Below, one piece after another: positions 11,827 to 23,735 of a stretch of DNA of 45,525 bases. The position numbers were made by a program, and so were the translations under genes. Every line of letters begins with the position of its first letter. Position 1 is the stretch's first letter. The notes under the pieces are model-generated. The model saw only the letters and a list, made by a program, of their open reading frames with translations, did no database searches and had not been told where the DNA came from. The DNA is from Catajapyx aquilonaris (lineage: Eukaryota): the NCBI GenBank assembly GCA_000934665.2, contig KZ538847.1, positions 1 to 45,525 of the forward strand, written 5' to 3'.

Positions 11827-12161
11827 ATATTTTTTTTTTCCCTGTACCCCATTATCGGACCTTGGGCCCTTATTAGGGGAGTGGAATACCACTATTTTTG
11901 GGAACCATATAATATATATAATATGTTAATTGTTCCAAGGGTAAGTATAGGAGGGGATGTGCAAAGTGCAAGTGCGCTGTCGTTAATTGGTCATTTTGTG
12001 AACTCCCCCGGGTGGCTTAGTCTATCGGAAATTGCCACCCGAAACGAAGCCAGAGATGGCCCAACTCTGCACGAAAGAAGGTGGGAACCCCGGGTGGGGA
12101 TCGAACCCGGGACCTTAACTTCCGTGGGCGCGCGCGTTACCGCGGCGCCACTCCGTCTCCC
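11827..12161 (-). mobile_element. tRNA-derived SINE, apparently young
   Basis: Minus-strand head with A box TGGCGCCGCGG and B box GGTTCGATCC, A-rich tail, perfect 17-bp TSD TCATTTTGTATAGATAT (11810-11826, 12162-12178), CpGs intact. Confidence 0.88.
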
Positions 12162-12198
12162 TCATTTTGTATAGATATTTGCACAAGCAACCTTACTA

Positions 12199-12938
12199 CA
12201 GTTCACTCCAGATATAACAGGCTGTAACTCTTGGTTATAGCAGGCTCAAAAGGGTGGTCCCGCCATACTTCCAGAAGGCCCTGTACTCCGGATATAACAG
12301 GCCTCACCTCGCCTGTAACAGACAATTTCTTACCCCCTTGGTGGGAAAATATACTGCTTTTGATTACCTGACATCACAGCATAGGAAGGAAAGGTATATT
12401 GGAGCGGTGGTGATTTTCCAGCATCTGTCACTTAGCAAAACTTCCTAGGCGCAAGTTTTTCATCTCAAGATTGGGGCACATGCGTGCTCTGTATGTATCC
12501 GGGAGTCATAATGAAATGCCTGCCTTATGCTGGATCATAGAGCTGACCTTGGTTCCCAGACATGAATCAACACACTATACCTGAGTGAGGCAGTTGACAG
12601 TGAGATGACTTCCGGCTAAGATTCCGTGAAGCAAGTTCAAGAGGTGCTCCTTTACACTTGCCGAAAAGGTCACAATCATTATTTTTCTAGTTACTTTGGC
12701 AACAAGATGGTAGAAGAAATTATGGATTTTTTTGGTGTCTTATGGTGAACAAATTTTGCATTTTTGTGGAGTGTTTCATTAATCAGTGTGCAATAGTGTG
12801 CATTACAGGTATATGGCAGGCAGAAAACTTGTGCATTCATTGCACAAATGGCTATTTGGCTATAAACACCCCTTGGTTATAAAAATAGTAGACCAATTAC
12901 CACGGTCCCTTGAAGTCTGTTATATCTGGAGTATACTG
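12199..12938. mobile_element. Tc1/mariner-pogo-type MITE
   Basis: TA-CAGTTCACTCCAGATATAACAG ... CTGTTATATCTGGAGTATACTG-TA. Confidence 0.7.
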
Positions 12939-13139
12939 TATATAATTTGTGTTTCTTATAACCTCATAAAGTGACGACTAATACTGTCTGACAAAAATGA
13001 CAAGAAAATGGGCTGCTTAACAAGTACAGCATTAGCAGCTAATTCTGTTTCATCTGTTAAGAGCTAATGGGCAAGCATGTGTTGTGTAGAGAAGGCAAGC
13101 TTGACCTTCACCAGCTTTTTATTTATTGTTGTCACATAT

Positions 13140-14865
13140 CATGGGGTTGGCAACTTCCTACCAAAGTGTACTGTACACCAGTTACCAACAACTAAATTTG
13201 CCACTGGTTTCTGACTGGTCTCCACTGGTTGCCATTCAGTTACAGGCAGCTGCCACTCACAACGAAAGGTCATGCCTTGTAAATGGAGTTGCTGAATGAA
13301 AGTTGGCAGAATAGAGGCAGTGAGTTATTCACCAAAATGCAAACCGTTTCAGTAGAGCTCTACAAGGTCAAAAGTTATTACCTCTCAAAGTTAGTCAAGA
13401 CAGCTTACCTAAGCAGGAAGTGTAAAGCACTTGCATACGAATAGTACCACAGTACATTCACACTTATGCCTGTTTGTGACAGTGTGTTCAAAACAAAACA
13501 CATCTGTGCAACAAAAACACCTAATAAATGACTAGTTTTCACATTGCAGACATGTATCACTTGCACTCCTAGTTGAGTCAGAAGGCATTTGGAAACATCA
13601 CATAATTATATTTTACAGGTAGCTTGGTTTGTAGAACATGTGCTTAAGGGGGGGATAAAGAGAATTTGGGAGTAAAGTTCTTGCTAACTAACAACAGCAG
13701 AACCGATTTTTTGTGTGTGTGAGTGTAACTGACCTCTTTCTTACACATGTGAGATGTACTTTTCCCATATTCTTATTGAAGTATTTTAAAAAGTCATTTC
13801 CATTCGGGAGTAAAGTACGCCGTCGTAAAATTTTAAGTGATGTCGTAACAAGCACCTAAAAATGTGGAAAAATGAGGTGCTCCTGACCCGTGAAACAGAT
13901 TCTTATATTTAGCTATAACCTTTCGGCAAATAATAATTGTCAAAATTTGACTGATTTGAGAACTACTAGAAGTTGGGGGAACCCTAATTTTCACGGTTTT
14001 TATTGTGGCTAGAGGGAATGGTCAACCACAAATGCGACCCTTCTTTTGTGTAGGGAGGGTGGGATTGAGTGTTTCCTCTTTTGGCCAGAGTTGGAACTCG
14101 AAGTCCGGATTTTTGTTATCCGCCCCTTCAAAAATTAGTAATTGAAAAATGATTATAACTAAGTGACTGGGGAGGCGTGGTGGAAGTGACTGATAAATTA
14201 ATTTCCTTACATTCTTACAAATATGACTAACACTTTTGTACGAGCCATGGCCTTTACCGAGGCAGAATAAACGAGAAACAACCATATCACTTCTGTCTCT
14301 TCACTATCCAAAGCATGGAGCGCACATATGAGGCTATCAGTTATGTTCATTATCCCGTAAGGTGCAGGTTTTGGTTAGTTTTTTTTTCAGCCACTCAGTT
14401 TACCAATTTTATAAGTACCAGGTACCAGTATACGTTCTACAAAGCTGGCTACTTGGAAAATAGGACAGATTTCCAGATATGTTCCATATGCCTTCCAAGT
14501 ACTGCTTCGACTTGTCTAGTAGTGTAAGTGATATATGCCTGCAATGTGCAAACTTGTCATAAGTGTGAATGTACTAATCTATGCTTCTATTAATCTGCAA
14601 TGGCTTATCACTTCCTGCTTTGGTAAGCTGTCCATGAGTTAATAACTTTTGACCCACCAGCACTCTTCCGAAACATTTAGCATTTTGGTGACTAACTTGC
14701 GTGCTTGTATTATTGTGACAACTCTAATTCAACAACTCCATTTACATGGCGAGACCCTCCCATGACAGTTACAGACAGTGGCCACTGGTTGCCATAGTTA
14801 CTGAGTGGTTGCCATTAGGCTAATTGGCTAAGTGTGCACCAGTTGCCATAGGTGCCAACCCCTTG
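13140..14865. mobile_element. Old nested DNA-transposon cluster
   Basis: Outer termini CATGGGGTTGGCA / TGCCAACCCCTTG with CCACTGGTTGCCA-like subterminal repeats. Inner diverged inverted repeat ~13265-13435 vs ~14595-14757. No clean TSD. Confidence 0.55.
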
Positions 14866-15699
14866 CTTGTCAAGGTGCATGTGAAGCAGAAATTACAAGT
14901 ACTTTCCATGACTTGAGTAGCTTCCAATCACTTGTTGCTGGCCACCAGCATGTGCCACTAACAGGAATATGACCAACCAAGCATAACTACGCCACCCGCA
15001 TTCCAATTTTTTAGCATAACGTAAATTGACTTGAACCTCTGACATGCATCGCTTGTGCATTCAAGTGAATCTAACATAGAGCCTTATCTGCCTCCTTGCA
15101 CTGCTTCCAGACTACTTGTTACAAATACTTTTATGAAACCAGCCATTCATCTGCCAATTGTAAAACTTGTGTTTATAAAACAGGCCCCTGATAGTATTTT
15201 ACTAACATTGCATTCCTTTCTCTTCCTTGTTTTGTTTTATTGCTGCATTATGCGTCATAACCTGCAGGATATCGCTCGAATGTACCAGCAATGAGCGATA
15301 ATAAAATTCCCAGCAGGGCAGTCATCATGTTTACATAGCATGGCATAATGCGTCATGATATACGGTATAGGACTAGGCCTGGCATTCACGGTTGAAACAA
15401 ATGACGGAAAAAAAGTGGCGCGAATATGATCAGCCGCTCGCAGAGTGACCAGACTCAGCTGACTCTATGGGCCCCAGCTCCATTATCACACGACGCAGAG
15501 ACGAAGGTCCTGCGCAGTCACCCGTGGCCTAAAACCATCCCCCTCCCCGAAAAAGGAAACCACCTGTAACCCTCCCACGCATGTGATATAACACTTGACA
15601 TGCCTGAAAATTAGTAGCGGGAGTCGTAATTCGAGTGGTAAGGGCGAGTGATTGGTCTGGCACCACTGCTGTTGGGGGGGAGGTGGGGTGGAAAGTTCG

Positions 15700-15824
15700 A
15701 GAAAAGACACCAGTCATTTGTTCGAAGCGGTATCACAGTTGAGAGGCATCGGTACTGCTCTTCGTGCGATTGTCGGGTGTACATACGAGGTTCACGTGAG
15801 CTACCGGTTTGGAGCTCGCGCGAG
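15700..15824 (+). other. Candidate alternative non-coding first exon of reticulon
   Basis: CpG-rich patch, ATTGG box at ~15651, no ATG in the exon, overlapping donors GAG|GTTAGT and GTGAGT at 15825/15829. Confidence 0.35.
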
Positions 15825-16237
15825 GTTAGTGAGTATTGATTATGGAGTGTTGGGGTGGGGCATGGAACGTCTTGACTGCCTGATTTAAAGCGAGGACCGT
15901 GTTCGATTAATTTGGATCTGGAAGTGGGTGAGGACAATGGCGTTCCAGGGGCCCTCTTGGGGGAGAATTTGCAGGTGGTTGAGGCGGGTTGCGGGAGGAT
16001 CACGTGGGGCCGAGCAAGGGTTTTGTGTGGAGGCTAGAGTGTTACTGGTGCCTGAAGATTGGTGGGAGGTGCAAATGTTGTGGTGTTTCGTAGCTCGTAT
16101 ATGGAAAGTAGGGTAGTGCTGCAAGCATATTAGTGCTATGTGAATGCTGCATAAACACAGCCAGCTTCCATGCAGGACTGGAAGATTGAGCACACTTAGT
16201 GATAGGTTCATTTTCAAATCTTGCGTCGTTTTGGTAC

Positions 16238-16472
16238 TGAGCGGCACACTGTTGTAGTGGCCAACATCATAGCCTTCCACCCTGAGGTCCCACATTTGAT
16301 ACCTGGCTGGGGCAGAGGATTTTCTCATGTGGAGAGGGTTTTGAGGGATACTTTCCACGTTCATGTGAATTTTTTGCAGGGTTCTCCTTCTTCCCCCTAC
16401 TACCCGAAAACCTCTCTACCCCTTCCTATGCCAGGTCGCCTTAGTTGCTTCAGTTCTCCCAATAAATCAAAC
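16238..16472 (+). mobile_element. Degenerate tRNA-derived SINE
   Basis: Decayed A/B-box-like head (GTAGTGG...TTTGATACC), AATAAATCAAAC tail, flanking repeat TTTTGGTAC (16229-16237, 16475-16483). Confidence 0.55.
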
Positions 16473-16792
16473 CATTTTGGTACCTGGTCATGTTCATTGG
16501 GGTGACTTTCTGTGGCGTTTCTGTGGTCAGAATTTCCTTAAGAATGCTTTGAAACAGGTGTTTATTGCTGTAGTAGCACACTTATTTTCTTGCAATATTT
16601 TTGGAATCTTACTTGGTGCATGTAACTACAAGGCATGTTCAGTAGGCCTACCTACTGATGTTTAGTTCTTGTGTTCAAAGCATATTATTAGCCTGATTTG
16701 CAACATTTTCCTTTCTGTAAGCCAAAACTAGGATAATGCAGATGAACTGAATACTTATGGAATTAAACCTGTCTGTGGCAGAGCCATTCTTA

Positions 16793-17793
<1,001 letters not shown>

Positions 17794-18014
17794 TTACCTG
17801 CAAAATTTTCATACTGAATTTGTATCTATTATTTGTGACCAATTCATTGAAAATCCTCTGCCTGATTCAAACAAAATTTTCTGCATGGACAAATTTACTG
17901 ACTCCAGGGTCCATTAGAGTCAGGTTATATGGTATAAAGCATTGCCAGCTAGATGGTCATTTGCCTGGTTGTGTTTTCCAAAAACCACAGTAATTAGTAA
18001 AGGATAGTATTATA

Positions 18015-18745
18015 CAGGGTGCTGAGATTTAATGTGCCTACGCTTGGGGGGATGATCAAGGGGTTCTAGGCGATCGTTTTAAGGATATGCATCATGGGTC
18101 TCTGCAGCATAGTTACCAAGATAATGGGCTTAGCACAAGGTATAAAGTATCCTGGCATGTATGCACCCCTCCGCGTAACCTGACCTTTTTCATTTAAATT
18201 TTTAGGTGTTGCCGTACAATTTCATTAAGATGCGATCCCAACAGGTGGAGTAGGCTGTATCTGTGACATAGAAGCTGATATAACGAATTCTTTATTTAAT
18301 GTGAATTATCTGGGTAACTAGCCTGTGGAGACCCATGATGCCTATCCTTAGAATGATCGCCTAGAACCCCACTACCATCCCCCAAAGCAAAGGCACATTG
18401 AATTTCCACAGAAATTTCACATGCCTTTGCTTTGAGGGATGGTAGAGGAGTTCTAGGTGATCATTTTAAGTTAGGTATCGTGGGTGTCTGCAGCATAGTT
18501 ACTGAGATAATTCACATAAATAAAGCGAGCGCTACAGCATCGTCTCTGTCGTGGATACATCCTACAACCCTTCTATCGCCTAGGTCCTAGGATATTTCCT
18601 GCTACCCGTAATGGATCGTTTCTTAAATTTAATTCCATGATACCGTCTATTTAAATGAAAAGGGTAAGGTTGCTTGGAAGGCCTACTTGGCAAGATATTT
18701 TATACCTTGTATTTTAACTCATTAATTCTGTAACTATGCTGTGGA
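18015..18745. mobile_element. Two Tc1-type MITE copies fused in inverted orientation
   Basis: TA-CAGGGTG start. The first copy spans ~18015-18408 with its own TIRs; ~18410-18745 is a diverged reverse complement of it. Confidence 0.7.
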
Positions 18746-19457
18746 ATTCTCCACTAATTGACAAAATATGCTCTCATAGGTACTCTGAAATGACACAGTG
18801 CAATGAAAAGCAAGCCTGGTTTATGAGAAAGCCCAGCTGCTTATTTTCTATACATATGGTTGATTCATTACATTTAAAAAATTAATTTCTCATAATTCAC
18901 TCTCTGTGGTTAAAATCACAGTACATCATAGGAATTTCTTCCTTTTTTGGTATCAGGCTTTGCCTCCTATCACTACAATTTTCACCGCTGTAAAATCTGT
19001 CAATATCATGTCATTAGTACAAAACACTTGAGAGAAGAAAGTAATTTTGACTGGAGTGATATTCAGATAGAGCACAGAAGCATATTTCTAAGGAGAAAGG
19101 ATAGCTACAGATGCATTTCTGGTGCCATGAAATGTACAGGAACTAATTTTCACAGTACAAAAAAAATGCTGATTGACAGTAATTATACCTTAGAGTGGGG
19201 AGCACTGAACTCGGTAAAACAAATCTGACTGGATTGGTCTTATTGTTTGTTGCAAAAACTAGCCAACCATCAATAACAAGCACAGTCTGGTTGAATTTGT
19301 TATAACAATTTTGGTGCTACTTGCCGCAGTACTGTAACTTATTAGGAAGTGCAATTTACTACTATCTATGAACTTCGTACTGTGGTGGAAATTAATGGAG
19401 AAGCACAAGTGTCACCTGGCATAGTTTTTCCTTTACATGAAGCTGCTTCACGTAAAG

Positions 19458-19825
19458 CAGCGGTGGGCAACCTTTTTTCTCCGTGGGCCGCGTAGAGATT
19501 TTTTAAAATTTGACGGGCCGCATCTAACAAAAGAAATTTCAACTTATAAAAAAGTTTACAATTATATATCCATCGTTTTAAATGAACTTCCATTAATTGC
19601 ATAAATCATCATTAAATTCTTTGATAATTGATGAAATTAGCTGAATATGTGAATGAAAATGGCCTGTATAAATAAAAATAGTGTTTTTTTTGGATTTAAA
19701 AGAATTAAAAAGAAAGGCACGGGCATAAAATTGTCCAATTTTAATTTTTCAAAATTTCAGGAATTCTGATATTTTTGCGAGGTCCCCACAGCATGTCTTG
19801 GCAGGCTGTAGGTTGCCCACCCCGT
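19458..19825. mobile_element. hAT MITE
   Basis: CAGCGGTGGGCAACCT / AGGTTGCCCACC termini, 8-bp TSD A[C/T]GTAAAG (19450-19457, 19826-19833). Confidence 0.75.
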
Positions 19826-19908
19826 ATGTAAAGGGAAAACTCATCCAGGAGGCAATACTTGTGCTTTTCCATTAATTTCCACCACTATACTTGTAGTGAA
19901 ATTTATCA

Positions 19909-20318
19909 GGGGTCGTGCAAATACCACGTGGCCGATGTTAGGCCACTTTGTAACCCACTCCCCCCCCAGTGACTGACCGTGGTATCCATTGGAACCCCCC
20001 CTCTCTCCTTTCCCCCCNNNNNNNNNNNNNNNNNNNNNNNNNNNNNNNNNNNNNNNNNNNNNNNNNNNNNNNNNNNNNNNNNNNNNNNNNNNNNNNNNNN
20101 NNNNNNNNNNNNNNNNNNNNNNNNNNNNNNNNNNNNNNNNNNNNNNNNNNNNNNNNNNNNNNNNNNNNNNNNNNNNNNNNNNNNNNNNNNNNNNNNNNNN
20201 NNNNNNNNNNNNNNNNNNNNNNNNNNNNNNNNNNNNNNNNNNNNNNNNNNNNNNNNNNNNNNGACCCCCCCCCCCCTCCCCTCCCCCCAAAACGGTCACG
20301 TGGTATTTGCACGACCCC
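19909..20318. mobile_element. PIF/Harbinger-like MITE spanning an assembly gap
   Basis: TIR GGGGTCGTGCAAATACCACGTG / CACGTGGTATTTGCACGACCCC with TCA/TTA flanks; N gap at 20018-20262. Confidence 0.8.
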
Positions 20319-20327
20319 TTATACGTA

Positions 20328-21414
20328 CGACGGCCTTTCAATAAAGACTGATCATGATTTTTAAAATGAGAAAGTATAGGAAGTACTATCATGATCGTGG
20401 TATATTTAAGTACGTCTGATGAAGATTGATGTGCATGCTTAAGCCCTCTCCACACTGGCTGAGTTTCTCATACGGAAAAATCCCGCCCGACTCTGTTGGA
20501 GAAAATAGGCTGAAATTTAAAATCCGCATGGTGACGTCACAAACTGGATCAGAGATGCGCTCCACACTGGCTGAGTTTCTCGTATGGAAAAATCCCCATC
20601 TGAGAAACTCAGACAGTGTGGAGCGGGCTTTATGTGCAGAAATCTACTGTGGACCATGTGGGTGTGGTGGCACCACAAACACCGCCACCTGTGAGGTCGC
20701 CTCCCAAGTCATGGCGTCGACACACAGTATGCCGCACTGAAATTCTGCTTTCGGCTCAAGAAGACAGTGGGTCCTGCTCCACGCTGAATTAGGAATATAG
20801 AGAACATGTTCTGCCTGGTAGTATGGCATTCCGTTGTTTTAATACGTTCAAGAGGGGTTTCCAACTCAAATGCAAACAGGGCGCTTCAGGAGCTCCTGCC
20901 ACAGCCAATACATGCCTCATATGCAGGTGGTCATGTGTTATTGTGTGCATAACATCTACAGATATTTGTAACAAGTAGGGTAGGACAGTCAAAGGTACGT
21001 AGTGATCCCCTCACACGATGACTGACGCCATGTTGATGTCCACCTTCGACACAGCTCTTGCAGGAGCTCCTGGAGTGCCCTGTTTGCAGGTGAATTCGCG
21101 ACCCTTCTTGAACACATCTTTTCCATATGCCTATGTCAGCATGGAGTACGGCTCCCTGGCTGTCTTCTTGAGCAAAAGCAGAATTTCAGCGCGGCGTACT
21201 GCTCCACACATGTCGATGCCATAACTCGGGAGGCGACATCAAGGGTGGGGGTGTTTGTGCTGCCACCACACCCACATAATGTGAAGTAGACTTATGCGCA
21301 TAAGCATGCACATCCATCTTCGACAGACGTACTTAAATATACCACCATCATTATATTACTTCCTATACTTTCTCATTTAAAAAATCATGATTAGTCTTTA
21401 TTGAAAGGCTCTCG
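20328..21414. mobile_element. Mariner-derived foldback element with transposase N-terminal remnants in both arms
   Basis: TA-CGA.GGCCTTTCAATAAAGACT... TIRs of >100 bp. The minus strand from ~21222 reads MASTCVEQYAALKFCF, then across frameshifts LKKTA..AYG..FKKG, like a mariner first HTH; a mirrored copy lies at ~20711-20860. Confidence 0.8.
20442..20629. mobile_element. PIF/Harbinger-like MITE nested in the mariner foldback
   Basis: TIR AGCCCTCTCCACACTGGCTGAGTTTCTCA / TGAGAAACTCAGACAGTGTGGAGCGGGCT with TTA TSD. The opposite arm of the host (~21285-21311) shows the empty site. Confidence 0.85.
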
Positions 21415-23395
21415 TATAATAAATCTCACTACTATGTTATAGCATCTATTGATACAACTTCATTGCCGTCTGAATGCATGTTTCAGTAAGGGCAAACGTG
21501 TGCACACGAAAGCACGAAAAGCAGCACAATATGGGTCAATTCCGAATATGCAACATAAATTATACTTGGTTATTCCCAGAGGCTAAATTCAGAATGCAAG
21601 GTGGTTGATTTTAGTTATCTGTATTTCATATGGTGAAGCCTGACTGGACTGGGCTACTACGTCTTCAGAATTTTTGCTTGGTAATGAGACCAAAAAAAAA
21701 TCGTTTTTGTTCGGTAAAGTCCCATTCAGCACAAATGTTGGTTCTGGCCTATACATTGTGTGAAACAAAAATGGTTCCAATGGAAGCAGATCATAATTGC
21801 ATATTGGGTACTTCACCATGTCAGGACATTACATTTTCCAGTTGATTTGAGTAGAAGAATGGATACTGTCGAGAATGAAATATCTGTAATCAGCCTATTC
21901 TGCCGTTCTACTGAAATTCCACATCAGCACATGTTGATAAGGTAGTGTTTTAATTGGAGTTTTCTTATATCGTAAAGTGAAGATGTGGTTTTTTAGTTGG
22001 TAAGATGGCTGTATTTTTCTTATCAGAGTAAGATCTTTGGTGCATAGATGATTGATAGGTTCTACTAGAAAGGATAGTTTTAGAATTGCAAGACATGTGA
22101 CCTGAGCTGAGAAGCATTGGTCATAATATTTGGAATGTTTCAGTTTTTTACGTGCCTACGGTCACAGAAGATGCTTGGAACCCTCGATAATTTGTATACA
22201 AATTTTGATGACAGTATACAACCAAATTTTGGGCTGTGTATTTGACTTACGACATTTGATGAATCCATCCCCTTAATTGTGCAATCTGAGAAGCAAACAT
22301 AATGTCCTACTGATTCTCTATCTTATTGGGTGGTATCCTTTGTGCTGGCTGGTTGTTACATTTCTAAAACCCGAGGGGGGATCAAATGAAAACGATAAAA
22401 AGTGAAACAATTATTGTTCTTTCAACTGGCTATTTTGGATGCTGTTTGGGTGATAGTTGCAGATTCATATGGAACTGACATGCACCAAGGAGGAGAAGAG
22501 AACTGTTCATTGGTTGGAGGTATAAAAATGGACAAAACCCACCAAAATGTAAAACTGTCGCTACACGGCTCTGCCATGTATCTTGCAGTCACATTACTCA
22601 GAGTGGTGTAAAATATTTCAGAAAGGTGGGAGTGTGACTGAATCAATCTGCCAGGCTAGGCAAGTAGAATGGTGCTATGACACCTTGAATTCTTTACATC
22701 ACTTGCAGGCAAGTGATTGCGAGATGTCATATCTTCGTTGTGCCTGTATGTGCCAATACGTTTAGGTGGCTTTTGCCCCTTTTGTGTAAAAAGAAATAAC
22801 TGCTCTTTTATCCTCCTTGGTGAATGTCTGAAGGGCTGCCACCATCTCGACACAGCTGTTGTCCAACTTGCCCTCTATGTATTGAGAAGCTACGTAAAGT
22901 TATGAATACTGTACGAGTCTGCAACACTCCAACACTTTGTATGGAGCAGCATCCAACTGGCAGGTTTTTAAAATCATTATGGCACAATTCTCATTTCCAT
23001 ATGATCAAGCTATGCACCAAGTTTAACAAGCATAGCCCATTGCCTATGTGGAGAAATATTAGACATATGGGGCCATTTTCACATCCTTCAAGTAGTTTGT
23101 AGTTTTGCTAATACTGTATTGGGAGAACCCTGTATTACTACTGCTATTAGAGTCTCGTGAAGAAGTAAAATAGGCAGATTAAGAACAAAGAGAAAATAGT
23201 TATTTTTGCTGCGCTCATGGTATAATGCAGCTTGCCGGATCAGTAATATTTATCCTGCAGCTTTAGTGTTGCAATAATTTTACAAGTATCTTCCACTTCT
23301 TGACTTCCATGAAAAGTTTTAAAACTTCATCTATTTGTCTGGGAACAGTACCAGTATCTCACAACTAACACTCGTTCGTCATGTCCTCTTGTCAG

Positions 23396-23530
23396 GCCCT
23401 GGTATAATGGAGGGAGACGGTTCACAGGTGAATGGGTTTAACCCTGTAGTGGAGCCAAAGAAGGAGCCAGAAGAAAAGGATCATCACCCATCTGAGGTTC
23501 AGTACCAGGTCGTGCAGCTGGTCTACCCAT
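23396..23530 (+). CDS. Rtnl1: Reticulon internal exon (phase 1-1; donor position less certain)
   Basis: Branch-like CTAAC and ctcttgtcag acceptor. Reads GPGIMEGDGSQVNGFNPVVEPKKEPEEKDHHPSEVQYQVVQLVYP, donor T|gtaggt, in-frame ATG at 23407. Confidence 0.55.
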
Positions 23531-23699
23531 GTAGGTTCACTTTTTTCATTTTTTTTTTCATTTTTTTTTGCTTGTTGTTTTTTCGTACTTTTTGATCTTG
23601 CAATGTGCGTCACTTACTATGATACACCTGAAACACATCCCCCCTCCCCCAGCCCTATTGAAATACTGGTGTTTATTAGTTTTTTTCTCCAACTTGCAG

Positions 23700-23735
23700 C
23701 ATCGTGGTTCAACCCAGACAACCTCCCCCCTGCTG
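23700..23735 (+). CDS. Rtnl1: Reticulon 36-nt microexon (SWFNPDNLPPA)
   Basis: Strong acceptor ttttttctccaacttgcag and donor G|gtgagt. Joins in frame to VANLVYWRD. Confidence 0.75.

Noticed and set aside
12075..12161. Possible tRNA gene (A/B boxes)
   Set aside because: It is followed by a body and A-rich tail and flanked by a 17-bp TSD, so it is a SINE head.
19841..20455. ORFs spanning N runs (also 27192-27956)
   Set aside because: They are open only because of assembly gaps.
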